A stretch of DNA of 64,000 nt from Octopus bimaculoides (GCF_001194135.2 NC_068983.1:73719095-73783094), one strand, 5' to 3'; counted from the first letter of the stretch, positions 1 through 12,742 are shown. Made by a program: numbers and translations. Notes: generated by a model from the sequence alone, not told the origin.

Positions 1-62
1 ATCGAAACCGCGATCCTATGACCGCGAGTCTGCTGCCCTAACCACTGGGCCATTGCGCCTCT
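1..62 (-). mobile_element. 5' tRNA-like head of a family-C SINE (continues off the window)
   Basis: Reverse complement AGGCGCAATGGCCCAGTGGTTAGGGCAGCAGACTCGCGGTCATAGGATCGCGGTTTCGAT has Pol III A/B boxes and is near-identical to the head of the copy at 12743-13133. Confidence 0.85.
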
Positions 63-343
63 ACTCCTGGTCTAGACTATCTCAGGGTTAAACAACATGG
101 AAAAATTACCACAGTTTATACAATCACATGAAAGACAAATAAAATTCATACACTAGGTATTAAAGAATAATGTTGCATTTCATGTAATGAGTTCAAATCA
201 GAATAAAACATATTGTAATTATATTTATTCATTCGAAATATAATTGCCATTGTTTGCAGCAATATTTCCCCACTTTGAAGCCAGTTGAGAAGTGTCCTCT
301 TATATGTCCAATCCAGAAACACTTGGAATAAAACATATTTACT

Positions 344-489
344 GGTGTGACTGTGTTGTTAAGAAGCTTGCTCACCAGCCATGTAGTCTTCAGTTCAGTC
401 CCACTGTGTGGGCACCTTAAGCAAGCATCTTCTATAGCCCAGGGTCGACCAAGGCCTTGTGATTGGGTTTGACAGATAGTAGAGACTCA

Positions 490-525
<36 letters not shown>

Positions 526-713
526 CCTTGTCTTGACATCATGTGATGGTTGTAAATGAGCATCACCATCATACAAGCAATGTTATCTGTTTCCAGCCTG
601 GCCAAGGGTCAGATGTTACCTTGCTTTGAAAGAGGTGAGGATTGGCCACAGAAAATTTGCCTCAAGAAGTTCCATCCAAGCATGGAAAAGTGGATCTTAA
701 ATGATGATGATGA
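344..713 (+). mobile_element. SINE family A' (A head + CORE-like block + (TG)n + RTE-type tail ending (GAT)n)
   Basis: Degenerate A/B boxes, GGCACCTT(A/G)GCAAG CORE-like motif, (TG)n at ~492-523, tail ...CAAGCATGGAAAAGTGGATCTTAAATGATGATGATGA. Confidence 0.75.
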
Positions 714-919
714 TATGCACATACATTTTATGCAAGATAATGTCTGCTGCTCATACAGATAAATATGGCAGTAAATTTTATTAGAATTTCTTTTGATTCA
801 GTCCCAAGAAATGTAGACGGTGTTGAGTGTTATTGTTGATGTTGCCTATGATTTGAGGGAGATATTGGTTTATTTCTAGTAGGCCAAGTGTATATAAAAA
901 CACCCTCATTGGTTTGTTA

Positions 920-1071
920 AATGTGGTTTCAAATTTTGGCAGCACTAGGCCAGCAATTTTGGGGGAGGAGGAAAGTTAATTACATTGACCCCAGTACTTA
1001 ACTGATACTTATTTTATTGGGACCTTGACGGATGAAAGGCAAAGTTGACCCTGATGGAATTTGAACTCAGA
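920..1071 (-). mobile_element. Old family-B SINE fragment
   Basis: GGATGAAAGGCAAAGTTGACC...GGAATTTGAACTCAGA matches the B copies at 26387-26594 and 53727-53955. Confidence 0.7.
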
Positions 1072-1413
1072 TTTACTGGATGGAGTTTATTGAGGCAGAT
1101 TTTCTATTTTCAGACACTCTTCTTGTCACCATTCCTTATCTCTTTCCAAGCAAGATATAGTCTTGCAAAATATTGGAAATTGGAAATGAATGACATTGCT
1201 TGAATAACAGGGGCAATCATTTACGACAATCACCTAATGTATGAGTAAAGACAAGGCAATACAAACATGCACACACACATATATAAATTCATATATATAT
1301 AGGTTGAAAATATGTGGAAAACATATATAAAAAGTGGAAGAGAAATGCCTTCATTTCACATAGTTTAATATCTTTTTATAAAGAAATTAAAAAAAAATAT
1401 ACACATATTTTAT

Positions 1414-1770
1414 GTGGAACCAAACCTGGAATCATGTGATAGGAAAGCTAATTTCTTACTACACACCCATAAGTCCCTGAAACTTAGCAGTTCAGCAAAA
1501 GAGACTGATAGAATAAGTACTAGGCTTAAAAAAGAAGTCCTGGAGTCAATTTCTTTGACTAAAAAGCCCTTTAAAGTGGTGCTCCAGCATGGCTGCAGTC
1601 AAATGACTGAAACAAGAAAGAGAATAATAGAATATTTCTATGACAGACATCTTTCACTTTCTGTCTACCAAATCCATTCACAAAGCTTTGGTTGTTCTAA
1701 GTGCAATACAGTGGAACCAAACCTGGAATCATGTGATAGGAAAACTAATTTCTTACTACACACCCATAAT
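1414..1770. mobile_element. Rearranged family-A SINE mosaic with a ~57-bp direct repeat
   Basis: GTGGAACCAAACCTGGAATCATGTGATAGGAAA...CACACCCATAA occurs at ~1414-1470 and ~1711-1769. Between them lie a plus-strand A tail and a minus-strand A 5' piece. Confidence 0.65.
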
Positions 1771-2028
1771 ATATATATATAAAGATACAGAAATAAATTT
1801 TTTTTATTCTCAAATGCGTGATAATGCTAATAAATAGTGTGATCAGGATAAATTATCCATACATTGCAGAAAAATACGTTACCAGCCAGCCATGAGACTC
1901 AAACTCACATCCCTGTGATTACGCATCAAGTGCTTTACCATTGAGCTAAACTGCCCAGTCACGAATTCTTCTGCAATTTTATATATATATGTAGGTGTGT
2001 GTATGTGTTATAATATATACATACATAC

Positions 2029-2078
<50 letters not shown>

Positions 2079-2125
2079 CTAAATACATGCATTTTGTGTG
2101 TGTGTGTGTTTGTATGTATGTATTG

Positions 2126-2193
<68 letters not shown>

Positions 2194-2801
2194 AGATATT
2201 ATAAAATGTATGTGTGTATGCATGTGAATCAAATTTCATAGGAAACTGAAAACTCCAGAAATTATTAGTCCAAGGTTCAAGTTTCCAAGACAGGAAACCA
2301 TTAAAATAAATATAGACATGTGATCAAAAAAAGAAGAAAAAATGAGCAATAGACAGCAAAGAAGGGATAGAAAGTAGCAAAGCGGTGGGAGAAGTGACAT
2401 TAGTGAAAAAGAGAAAGAAGGAGAGGGAGGAGATGGAGGAGGAAGAGAAGAAGAAGAAGAAGAAGAAGAAGAAGAAGAAGAAGAAGAAGAAGAAGAAGAA
2501 TGCTGAGGATGCAAAGGGTATACGATAAAATAAAGTAGAACGAATATATAGAAAGCATTTTCAAAAAAACCCCAGTAATTGTGAAAAACAATAATAATAG
2601 AAAACAACATAGATTTTGTCTGAAGTAAAAATGCCTTTAAAATACAATCAAATTGATATGCTGTATATACACATACACCTGTATGTGCTCACATACATGT
2701 AGATATATGCTCACATACATGTAGATATACAAATAAAAAATAAGTACATAAAATGTGCATATACATAAATTCATATATGGCATACATGCATAGAAAATAT
2801 T

Positions 2802-2949
2802 GCACAGCATGGCTGTATGATAAGAAGTTTGCTTCCCAACCACATGGCACCTTGGGCCAGTGTCTTCTACAACAGTCTGGGGCTAACCAAAGCCTTGTGA
2901 GTGGATTTGGTAGACAGAAACTGAAACAAGCCCGTTGTATATATATATT

Positions 2950-3007
<58 letters not shown>

Positions 3008-3213
3008 TGTGTGTGTGTTTGTTCCCCAACCATCATTTGACAACCGATGTTGGTGTGTTTATGTCCCTGTAACTTAGTGGTTCAACAAAAGAGACCGATA
3101 GAATAAGTACCAGGCTTACAAAGAATAAGTCCTGGGGTTGATTTGTTCAACTAAAGGTGGTGCTCCAGCTTGGCCGCAGTCAAATGACAAAACAAGTAAA
3201 AGAATAAAAGAAT
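2802..3213 (+). mobile_element. Near full-length family-A SINE with central (TA)n(TG)n
   Basis: Head, CORE-like block, GGAAACTGAAA, microsatellite at 2937-3020, tail CAACCGATG...GAATAAGTAC...CAGTCAAATGAC...AAAAGAATAAAAGAA. Confidence 0.85.
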
Positions 3214-4240
3214 ACATCCTTGATCTTGGTAATCACTTTGACTTTGGTGTTGTAAGTAGAGCAGCTGGTGTCTTTCTCACACAATAATCTACAGGATTAC
3301 AATTGGGGGAATTAAAAAGCTAGAAACTGGGGCTGTTGAAGTTGTGGAAATTCTCTGACAACCATTTCTGACTCTTTCCTGAGGTATAGCAAAATGTGAA
3401 ATCCTGCTGCCACTCATATGGCCTTCCAGTAGCAACCCTCTAAAGCCAGGGATTGTCCACAGTCTCTAGGAGCTTCACATAGCTATCTGAGTGGAGTTTA
3501 AGGCCCTGTTCAAAGATGTTGTGTAACATGACATTACTCTTACTGGAGACACACCCAGACATCATGCACCTTGTGGGCATCACATGGATTCACATGGATT
3601 CTAGAAAAGCCATCCACCTGTTGTGCAACTGACAGAAGCTATTTATATCAGAGAATAACTAGATCATCCCCAGCTCAACAGGATGCCTCAGCTTGTTCAG
3701 AAGCTTGTTTGCCTTTGTCAGGCAGTTCTCCTTCGCCTTGGCTGTCAATTGCACTTCTCATATGAATGGTAGCGAAGGTCTTCATTCAGGGCCAGCTTCA
3801 TGGTGATGCCTCCCATTTCTCTTGCCAAAACCTGAAATCCCTTGCATGGATCTGCCATCACCTTATCCTGCAGTTGGATGAATTTTGGCATCTAGATGCA
3901 GTCTGAACACCTGCTGTGTCCCCTTCCTACTGGTCACAGCTTCATAGTCTATATTGCATCTGTGCATGTCATATCTTACAGCCTTTACAGTATTCACAAA
4001 GCATTGAGCAGCAGTCATGATGTTGGTACAATATTCAGATTGCTTCCAGTCCTCCATGTTAGCTGACTTTTTTCTCAACAACTTTGATCTTTATGCTCTC
4101 CAACACCATTGACTTTACCAAAATGTCAAGCTGTTGCTGAGAAATGTAGACAAAAGAAAAATTGTCAAATTTAGCCCAGACACTCTGAATATAGTAAAAA
4201 TAGAAATTTTAAATTCCTTGACACAGTAGTGTATATTTTT
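3214..4240 (-). pseudogene. Degenerate Tc1/mariner DD37D (maT-type) transposase
   Basis: Manual translation gives QGLKLHSDSYVKLLETV..GRPYEWQQD-FTFCYTSGKSQKWLSENFHNFNSPSF*LFNSPNCNPV-DY, with 37 residues between the last two Asp. Contains stops and frameshifts. Confidence 0.8.
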
Positions 4241-5143
4241 TAAAATGAACAAGAATGACTTTTCTGATAATTATTTTCCACTTAATGATTATATGTTTAC
4301 AAACTGTATTGTGATTCTGTTTTCCTTCTTATGTTCAAAGAGTTCTTTTTATATATAAAAAAAGTCTCTGATTGGGACTGAGATTTTTGCCTAAATGCAA
4401 TTTTCAAACTGTTCTTTTTTTTGGTACCAGAGTTCCATAATATTCAGTATATATCAAATTATACATCATATATATGTAGTTTTAGATTCTATTTAGATGC
4501 TGTTGGTGGGGAGAGGGTTTACAAATTTACACATGCATATGCATTTACACATACTTACATATACAAACACATATACTTAGATACATTTACATGTGTACAC
4601 ACATAAATACATATATGTGCATATAGGCACATATATAAGACATATGAGTATACACAACCTAGAAAATGTAGAGTTAGACACAGCTGAGGGTGAGAGGGAA
4701 AGCTTTCTAAGCAAAATATAAAATGGTTCAAAGGGAAACTCATCTGAAATAATATCATTTTAAGGTTATCGCAAAACATGAGAATTACTTGTACATGATA
4801 TAGTAATACAAGATAAAACAATTAATAGCAGACTTAAGTAGGATACTGTGTAGAAAACATGAGCTTAAATTTACAAAACCAGGAGAAAAATATATTTTGA
4901 GAAATACAAAGAAAAAGATGTTGCAGTATCTTGACTTTCTAACTTCAGCTTAAAAAGGGGGGAAATTCTGATACTCTGCAGTGGGAATTTTGGTACTCTC
5001 CAGTTTGGGGATTTACACAACTTGCAATAACAACGTTTGGTTTTAGTTCTTTCCAAAACCATCCAAATATATATTGCTGCATATATTTCTCTTCTACACA
5101 TTCCAAATATTCAGTCATAAATTTTTCAGATTTTCCCTAGGCA

Positions 5144-5569
5144 GATGCAGGCATGATTGGCTGGTTGAGTAGTTTGCTTCCTAAGAACATGGTTTCAGGT
5201 TCAGTTTTTCTTAGGCAAGTGTCTTCTGTTATAGCTCTGAGTAGACAAAACTCTTATGAGTGGATTTGGTAGATGGAAACTAAAAGAAGCTCATTGTATA
5301 TATATATGTGTATGTGTGTGTTTCTATCGTTTTATGCTGACATCATGTGATGGTTGTGTCACAGCCATACAAGCAGAACCATTTGTTTCTAGACTTTTAT
5401 GAAAACATGTATGGCCCCTGGGGAAATACTACCTTACTTGGAAACAGATGAGAATTAGTGACAAGAAGGGCATCTGGCCATATAAATTCTGTTTGACCTA
5501 TGCAATGAATTCTGTTTGATCCATGCAAGCATAGAAAAGAGGACAGTAAAATGATGAAGATGGTGATGA
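5144..5569 (+). mobile_element. SINE family A' (RTE-type tail)
   Basis: Same 5' half as family A, then TG tract and tail GACATCATGTGATGGTTG...CCATGCAAGCAT...AAATGATGAAGATG. Confidence 0.7.
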
Positions 5570-5573
5570 CCAC

Positions 5574-5612
<39 letters not shown>

Positions 5613-6499
5613 GAGGCCAATCATATTTATGTGGACCAATTGGAATGCTTTCAGCTTTGTCATGAGATTTGAAGAACTCATCTGGTTCATTAATTTGTTT
5701 GGGAAATGAAAATACTGTTGAATAATTCATTCAATACTTCATTAACATTTTAAGCATCTGCTCTTGATGTAAACAATAACCAACATTCATAATGAATGAA
5801 AGCTGTTAACATTTGATAACTTGGAGAAAACTCAAGGAGTGCTTTTGTGAATTTTAAAAGCCCAATTTCCCTTTAGTGCACTTTCATAACTCATGAAGCA
5901 TTTTATTTCATTTCCACTTTCTGTAAGTGACATTCATAAATGCAGTTTTCACTATAAATTCACTTTTCATATCAGGCAAATAGCTTTCTTTGTAAATTTC
6001 AACTTACCCATTTTGGGATTTATAATGTTATAGCAGACAGTGATCCTACACACAATATATGCAAAAGAATGTAAAGGTATTTGTGTATATCTGTCCACAT
6101 ATCATCTGTCTGTCTCCCTGTCTGCCTGCCTGCTTGTCTATTGTTGGTTTGTCTCTCTCTATCTGTAAATGTGTTCTACATTATTTTGTGTGTGTTAAAG
6201 CATCTTGTTTACTGGAAATGAAGTTGGAAAACTGCTGTGATGATGACGTCTATTGGAGTAGATACAAGTGCTCACAGCTGTTGTCTTGTCTTCTAACAGT
6301 TAAACTGTTTTTATTTCCTTGATAATCTTCTTCAGATTATCTCCACGAAGTGATTATTTTATGTTCCCCAAAAGTGGAGATAATTTCAATAAATGAAGAA
6401 TTTATGTTGTATGGCATATAATATAACTTTACTAACAACCTTAAGTTATTTCTCTTACCTTATTTTCATCTTTATGTGTGTGTCTGTGTGTGTATAATG

Positions 6500-6503
<4 letters not shown>

Positions 6504-6552
<49 letters not shown>

Positions 6553-6556
6553 CATA
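6504..6556 (+). repeat. (TAA)n microsatellite
   Basis: Direct reading of the sequence. Confidence 0.95.
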
Positions 6557-6811
6557 ATAACAAAATCACCAGGACTTACAAATATATATAACATACAGAA
6601 AATTGCACTACTGGGCACTGCACACATCCTATGCAAAACACTTTCAATACAGTAACCATAAGAGCATCACAGCAAACCACAGCACATACCCAAGGCAGAC
6701 AGAGCTGCGCTTGGTAGTGAAGTGAAAGCACGTTATAAAAATAAAACTACTGAATAATAATAATAATAATCATAATAATAATAATAATAATAATAATATA
6801 ATAATAATAAT
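6557..6811 (+). mobile_element. 3' end of an R4/Dong-like RLE LINE (C-terminus, 3' UTR, (TAA)n tail)
   Basis: Translates to ITKSPGLTNIYNIQKIALLGTAHILCKTLSIQ* (stop 6653-6655), the conserved QK..LLGTA.IL C-terminus. Followed by ~100 bp UTR and (TAA)n. Confidence 0.75.
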
Positions 6812-7215
6812 TGGTATGACCACAAATCCGAAGGCATCATCGAAAATAAAAATGCAAAGATCCTATGGAATTTTATGATTCAGTGCAACCATGATATAGA
6901 GAATAGGAAACCAGACATAGTCTTAATTGAGAAAGAAAACAAACTATGCTGGATCATAGATATAGCATGCCCAGCTGACAACAAGTTATGCGATAAGGAA
7001 GAAAGAAAAGTCGAGAGATATGGCAGGTTAGCTTGGGAAGTTAAGCAGTTGTGGTCGATGAAAAAGTTAGCAGTAGTACCAATAATTGTCGTAGCCCTGG
7101 GAACAGTGAGCAAAAATCTTGAGAAGTACATGGAACAAATAGGGGCTGCAATAAGGGTGGAGCACTTGCAGAAAACAGCATTGCTTGGAACCGCTCGAAT
7201 ACTCCGGAAGATGCT
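6812..7215 (+). mobile_element. R4/Dong-like LINE restriction-like endonuclease fragment
   Basis: Open frame WYDHKSEGIIENKNAKILWNFMIQC..NRKPDIVLIEK..WIIDIACPAD..KEERKVERYGRLAWEVKQLW..VVPIIVVALG..LQKTALLGTARILRKM (PD..D..K RLE motif). Begins right after (TAA)n and runs into a gap. Confidence 0.9.
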
Positions 7216-7950
7216 NNNNNNNNNNNNNNNNNNNNNNNNNNNNNNNNNNNNNNNNNNNNNNNNNNNNNNNNNNNNNNNNNNNNNNNNNNNNNNNNNNNNN
7301 NNNNNNNNNNNNNNNNNNNNNNNNNNNNNNNNNNNNNNNNNNNNNNNNNNNNNNNNNNNNNNNNNNNNNNNNNNNNNNNNNNNNNNNNNNNNNNNNNNNN
7401 NNNNNNNNNNNNNNNNNNNNNNNNNNNNNNNNNNNNNNNNNNNNNNNNNNNNNNNNNNNNNNNNNNNNNNNNNNNNNNNNNNNNNNNNNNNNNNNNNNNN
7501 NNNNNNNNNNNNNNNNNNNNNNNNNNNNNNNNNNNNNNNNNNNNNNNNNNNNNNNNNNNNNNNNNNNNNNNNNNNNNNNNNNNNNNNNNNNNNNNNNNNN
7601 NNNNNNNNNNNNNNNNNNNNNNNNNNNNNNNNNNNNNNNNNNNNNNNNNNNNNNNNNNNNNNNNNNNNNNNNNNNNNNNNNNNNNNNNNNNNNNNNNNNN
7701 NNNNNNNNNNNNNNNNNNNNNNNNNNNNNNNNNNNNNNNNNNNNNNNNNNNNNNNNNNNNNNNNNNNNNNNNNNNNNNNNNNNNNNNNNNNNNNNNNNNN
7801 NNNNNNNNNNNNNNNNNNNNNNNNNNNNNNNNNNNNNNNNNNNNNNNNNNNNNNNNNNNNNNNNNNNNNNNNNNNNNNNNNNNNNNNNNNNNNNNNNNNN
7901 NNNNNNNNNNNNNNNNNNNNNNNNNNNNNNNNNNNNNNNNNNNNNNNNNN

Positions 7951-8137
7951 CATAGTGTTGTTCTAGAGAATATTTAAGAAACCATAAGAAAATTATGTGT
8001 TTGTTTTAAAATTTGAGATCACATAGACAGTATTTTACGTAGGATATGGGAAGTTTCCATGAGCACTATCTTTTGAACTTCAGCCATTTTGGGGTTTCCT
8101 GGTATCTGAGCTAGGTAGTAATCAGCCTGTTTCACTG

Positions 8138-8140
<3 letters not shown>
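7951..8140 (-). mobile_element. 3' end of a third R4/Dong-like LINE
   Basis: QIPGNPKMAEVQKIVLMETSHILRKILSM* directly after an (AAT)n array (8140-8232). Confidence 0.75.
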
Positions 8141-8210
<70 letters not shown>

Positions 8211-8590
8211 CATTATTATTCAATCATTATTATTCGGATTCCATGCTACTTCAAATTTCACAGGCCCCTGTCACCTCAGGCTCATGAAAAATCCAAGTGA
8301 ACAGAGATGTACAGAAAGTCCAAAATACATACATATTTATACTGTTCTTATTATCATGATCAACATCATTGTTTTAGCATCCTCTTTTCTATGTCTGCAT
8401 GGGTTAGACAGTGTTTATTGAGGCAGATTTTTATAGTTGGTTGTCTTTCTTGTCACCAGCTCTCACCTATTTACAAGTAAGGAGATTTTCCCCCCAAAGC
8501 CAGACATGTTTTTGCAGAATACTGGAAATGAATGACACTGCTTGTATGACAGTGATACTTATTTACAACAATCACATGTTCTCAATACAA

Positions 8591-8706
<116 letters not shown>

Positions 8707-9474
8707 GTGTGTGTGTGTTGTAAGAAGTTTACTTCTGAACCACATGGTTCTGGGTTCAGCTTCACAGCATGGCACCTTGGGCAAGTGTCTTCTACTATAG
8801 CCCTGGGCCAACCAAAGCCTTGTGAGCTGATTTGGTAGATGGAAAGAAACCTGTTGTATATATACACAGAATCATCATCACCAAATGATGGAGATCCACC
8901 ACTACCACTCTACATATATATATATNNNNNNNNNNNNNNNNNNNNNNNNNNNNNNNNNNNNNNNNNNNNNNNNNNNNNNNNNNNNNNNNNNNNNNNNNNN
9001 NNNNNNNNNNNNNNNNNNNNNNNNNNNNNNNNNNNNNNNNNNNNNNNNNNNNNNNNNNNNNNNNNNNNNNNNNNNNNNNNNNNNNNNNNNNNNNNNNNNN
9101 NNNNNNNNNNNNNNNNNNNNNNNNNNNNNNNNNNNNNNNNNNNNNNNNNNNNNNNNNNNNNNNNNNNNNNNNNNNNNNNNNNNNNNNNNNNNNNNNNNNN
9201 NNNNNNNNNNNNNNNNNNNNNNNNNNNNNNNNNNNNNNNNNNNNNNNNNNNNNNNNNNNNNNNNNNNNAATACATCCATTTGTTGTTTACACCACCTGTC
9301 TTCGTCTGTTGTTTTGTCGGGAATTCTCCTATATATATATATTTATTAACTTACTGTTAACAAAAGTCGGGTTGAATAGGATTGAATACTAAAAAATGTT
9401 CATGTATGACAGACACAGAAGGACCCTAATTCTTCATCGGTTATCAACCAAAATGTTAATACTCAGTTTTATGC

Positions 9475-9509
<35 letters not shown>

Positions 9510-9511
<2 letters not shown>

Positions 9512-9790
9512 CAGGGTATGGTGAATATATTGCAGTCTGAGTTATACAAAAATGAAAATAATGCTGACATCTCATTTTAACAGATATAATTACCAAAAAT
9601 GCATAAAAATATATTGAAATACTAAAGAGTAAATTTATTCAATAAAATCGCCATTGGCTTCAACCATGGCCTCTATACAACTTCAGAATGTCCTGCAACT
9701 CTTCTGGACAGTCATCATACAGTCTACCTTTCACTCTGAGTGAGAGGCCATTGTTGCCAGCAGAGGTAGAAGCTTTCTGAACTTTGCCCA
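9510..9790 (-). mobile_element. Tc1/mariner 3' end fragment with TIR in a TA run
   Basis: Translation TVQKSCRTF*SCIEAMVEANGDFIE*; terminus TACAGGGTATGG next to (TA)n. Confidence 0.65.
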
Positions 9791-9793
9791 GGC

Positions 9794-10017
9794 TATTCTT
9801 ATTCTTTTTTACTCTAGGCACAAGGCATGAAATTTTTTGGGAGGGGGCCAGTCGATTAGATCAACTCCAGTATGCAACTGCTACTTAATTTATTGACCCC
9901 GAAAGGATGAAAGGCAAAGTTGTCCTTGGTGGAATTTGAACTCAGAACATAAAGACAGATGAAATACTGTTAACCATTTTACCCAGCATGCTACCATTTC
10001 TGCCAGCTCCCTGCCTT
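9794..10017 (-). mobile_element. Family-B SINE
   Basis: CTCTAGGCACAAGG...GACCCCGAAAGGATGAAAGGCAAAG...GGAATTTGAACTCAGAAC...TGCCAGCTC. Confidence 0.8.
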
Positions 10018-11012
10018 CCAGGCTATTATTATTCTAGCAGCTATGCTCTCTGAGCATCAACCCCCACCACAGATGGTTGCCTAGGTAGCGGAAGTTATCA
10101 ACTACTTCTAGTTTTTCCCCCTAGCATGTGATGGAATCTGTTTTCTGTACCTCTGTGGCTTATTGCCCCTGTGCATCTGCCACACACAAAAACTATCTTC
10201 TCGGTTAACTTTCCTTTGATATTGCTGCACCTCTTATGTGTCAATAGCTTACACTGGGCACATCTTATGGAGTTTCTACCTACACCTTTTCTACAGATTG
10301 AGCAGGGCTATCTACCTGAAGGGGTTTGTGATTTGCCTGCCTTCCTACTTACTAAACTTTAAATAATATAAATGTAAAATAAGTAAATAACAGAAGTAAA
10401 ATATCCAATTACGAGATATATATATAAAAATATAAATACATATACATTCATAGTTATTTATGTATATATAACCTAAATTAATCAGTTAATTCCCAATTCT
10501 ATATGTTTACTTGTATATAATTAGAAATATAGGGAAAATAAAATTTTGAATATATTTGACTAATTTATTTACATTTATCCCAGCTGGTTTCACAACATCA
10601 TGATAATAATGAAGATTACCAAAATAATTGCATTCACGGTAATTTAATTTATATAAAGATAACTACATTAAGAAAACCTAGGTGGAAAGTCTCAATTTAA
10701 ATAACAGTTAACTTACAACTGTTGCCAGTGAATGCATTATTTTGATATGTATTTTTAGTCATTTGATCTTTACTAAGCTACTCTCTGCTGTTTCTGCATA
10801 CTGGATTAATATAGAAAAATATTCTTGAAACCTTTTAATCCATTTACATCTTCTTTTTATATCACGTTGTCTTACATTATAAATGGTCATAATCTATTTA
10901 GACATATGTTATGTATGTTAATATATGCATTTATTTATTCATCTTGTTTGCCTGGTAGTATCACTAACACATTAGTACAGTGAAAAAAAGTTGGTATTTT
11001 GGGTATGTATAT

Positions 11013-11330
11013 GTGTGACTGTGTAGTAAGAACTTTGCTTTCCAACCTCATGGTTCCAGGTTCAGTCCTACTGTGTGAAACATTGGATTATATAGATATG
11101 TATATGTGTGTGCGCATGTCTTTCTATCAGTGTTTGTTCCCCATCACTGCTTGACAACTGGTATTGGGTTATTTACATCCCTGTAGCCTAGCAGTTTGGC
11201 AAAAGAGACTGATTAAATAAGTAGCAGACTTAGAAAAAAGTACTGGGGTTGATTCATTTGACTAAAAGTTCTTCAAGGTGGTGCCTTGGCATGGCCATAG
11301 TCTAATGATTAAAATAAGTAAAAGATAAAA
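11013..11330 (+). mobile_element. Old family-A SINE with internal deletion
   Basis: Head, then tail CTTGACAACTGG...GGGGTTGATT...GCATGGCCATAGTCTAATGA. Confidence 0.7.
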
Positions 11331-11342
11331 TATATTTATTAC

Positions 11343-11392
<50 letters not shown>

Positions 11393-11393
<1 letters not shown>

Positions 11394-12110
11394 TGTACTT
11401 TTCAGGATCGTTCCCAGGACACCTATAACAACAGGGATTGTTTTGGTTTTGAATTGCCACGTCTTAGATATCTCAATCTCAAGCTCCTTATATTTCGACA
11501 ATTTTTCAAATTCCTTTGCGGATGTTTCTATCAGTAAGCACTGTCATATCCATTAACAGACATGTTTTTCATCTTAGGTCTTTGATGACAATGTCTGGTC
11601 TGTTATCAGTTATTTCCTGTCTGTATGTATCCCATATTCCCATAACATAGTAACATTCTCTCCCTCAGTGATTGGCTCTGGATGGTGTTCCTGTAGGAAT
11701 AGCATACGTTCCAGTGCAAGTACTGGCCAACTCAGTCATGCCTGACTTTATATTCTGTAGGGGCAAGGACTGAGTAACCAGTAACAATGTGGTCAATACT
11801 CTCAAGTTTGTCATTGCCAAGTCTACACTTTGTGTCTACTTCATTGTGTGCGATATTAGCTTGATAGATCTGAGTGAGGAGACTCTGATCTTGGTCCGCT
11901 AGGATAAATCCTTCTGTTTCAGCTTTTAAACCAACACTCTGCAGCCACTGATGCATTCTTCTTACATCTATATCAGCTTCTAGCTCGTTTGGGGCACTGC
12001 TCATACAATGGGGTTTTTTTTTTTTGCCAGGGTCTTGATATTTCCTTCAAGCTTTCTTGTTTGGCTTTTGTTTTACACTTTTTTGCTGCCTTAGTGGGTT
12101 GTGTGTCCTC
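11393..12110 (-). mobile_element. R4/Dong-like LINE fragment (post-RT, zinc knuckle, RLE), bounded by triplet arrays on both sides
   Basis: HQWLQSVGLKAETEGFILADQDQSL..KCRL..ESIDHIVTG..LAPTEYKVRHD, then NRPDIVIKD..CLLMDMTV..KEFEKLSKYKELEIEISKTW..IPVVIGVLG, with frameshifts. Confidence 0.88.
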
Positions 12111-12198
12111 CTTATCATCATCATCATCATCATCATTATAATCAGGGAGGTTAAGCTCGTTATCATCATCATCATCATCATCATCAACATCATCATCA

Positions 12199-12235
<37 letters not shown>

Positions 12236-12742
12236 CATTATTATTATTGAGAGAGAGAGCAGTGCATACCATCAAAGTGGCACTGGGGTAAAATATATGA
12301 AGTCCAGTATACCCATCATGACAACCTGTCTGATAACTGCACTAAGGGTATGCATGTCTGTGGAGTACTCAGCCACTTGCATGTTAATTTCACAAATAGG
12401 CTGTTCTGTTGATTGGATCAACTGGAACCCTTGTTGTAAGTGGCAGAATGCCAATCTCTCACAAGTAACATTTGCATATGATCTGGTAAAATATATGAAA
12501 TCTTATTCACAGTTTTGTTGTTTAACCCTAGGTCAGCCCTGATTGTATTAATCTATGATCAAAGGTATTCCAGTCTTGGTCATTTCCCCATCTTTCAGAA
12601 TGCATTGTCCAATATTTCCTTTCTTAATTTTAAGACACCAGAACTATGACTTGAGGAAGATTTTTATGCTATATCTAGCCTATCAAATGATGACATTCAA
12701 GCTCTTTTGTTCTTTTAAATGGTTAAGTGAATTGAGATGATA

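Noticed and set aside
5455-5730. Protein-like ORF FSFPKQINEPDEFFKSHD...
   Set aside because: No recognisable family, no usable splice donor, and it runs into a microsatellite and SINE.
10717-10800. Good-looking splice-site pairs (minus 10717-10800; plus ~17538-17599)
   Set aside because: Stop codons in all three frames.
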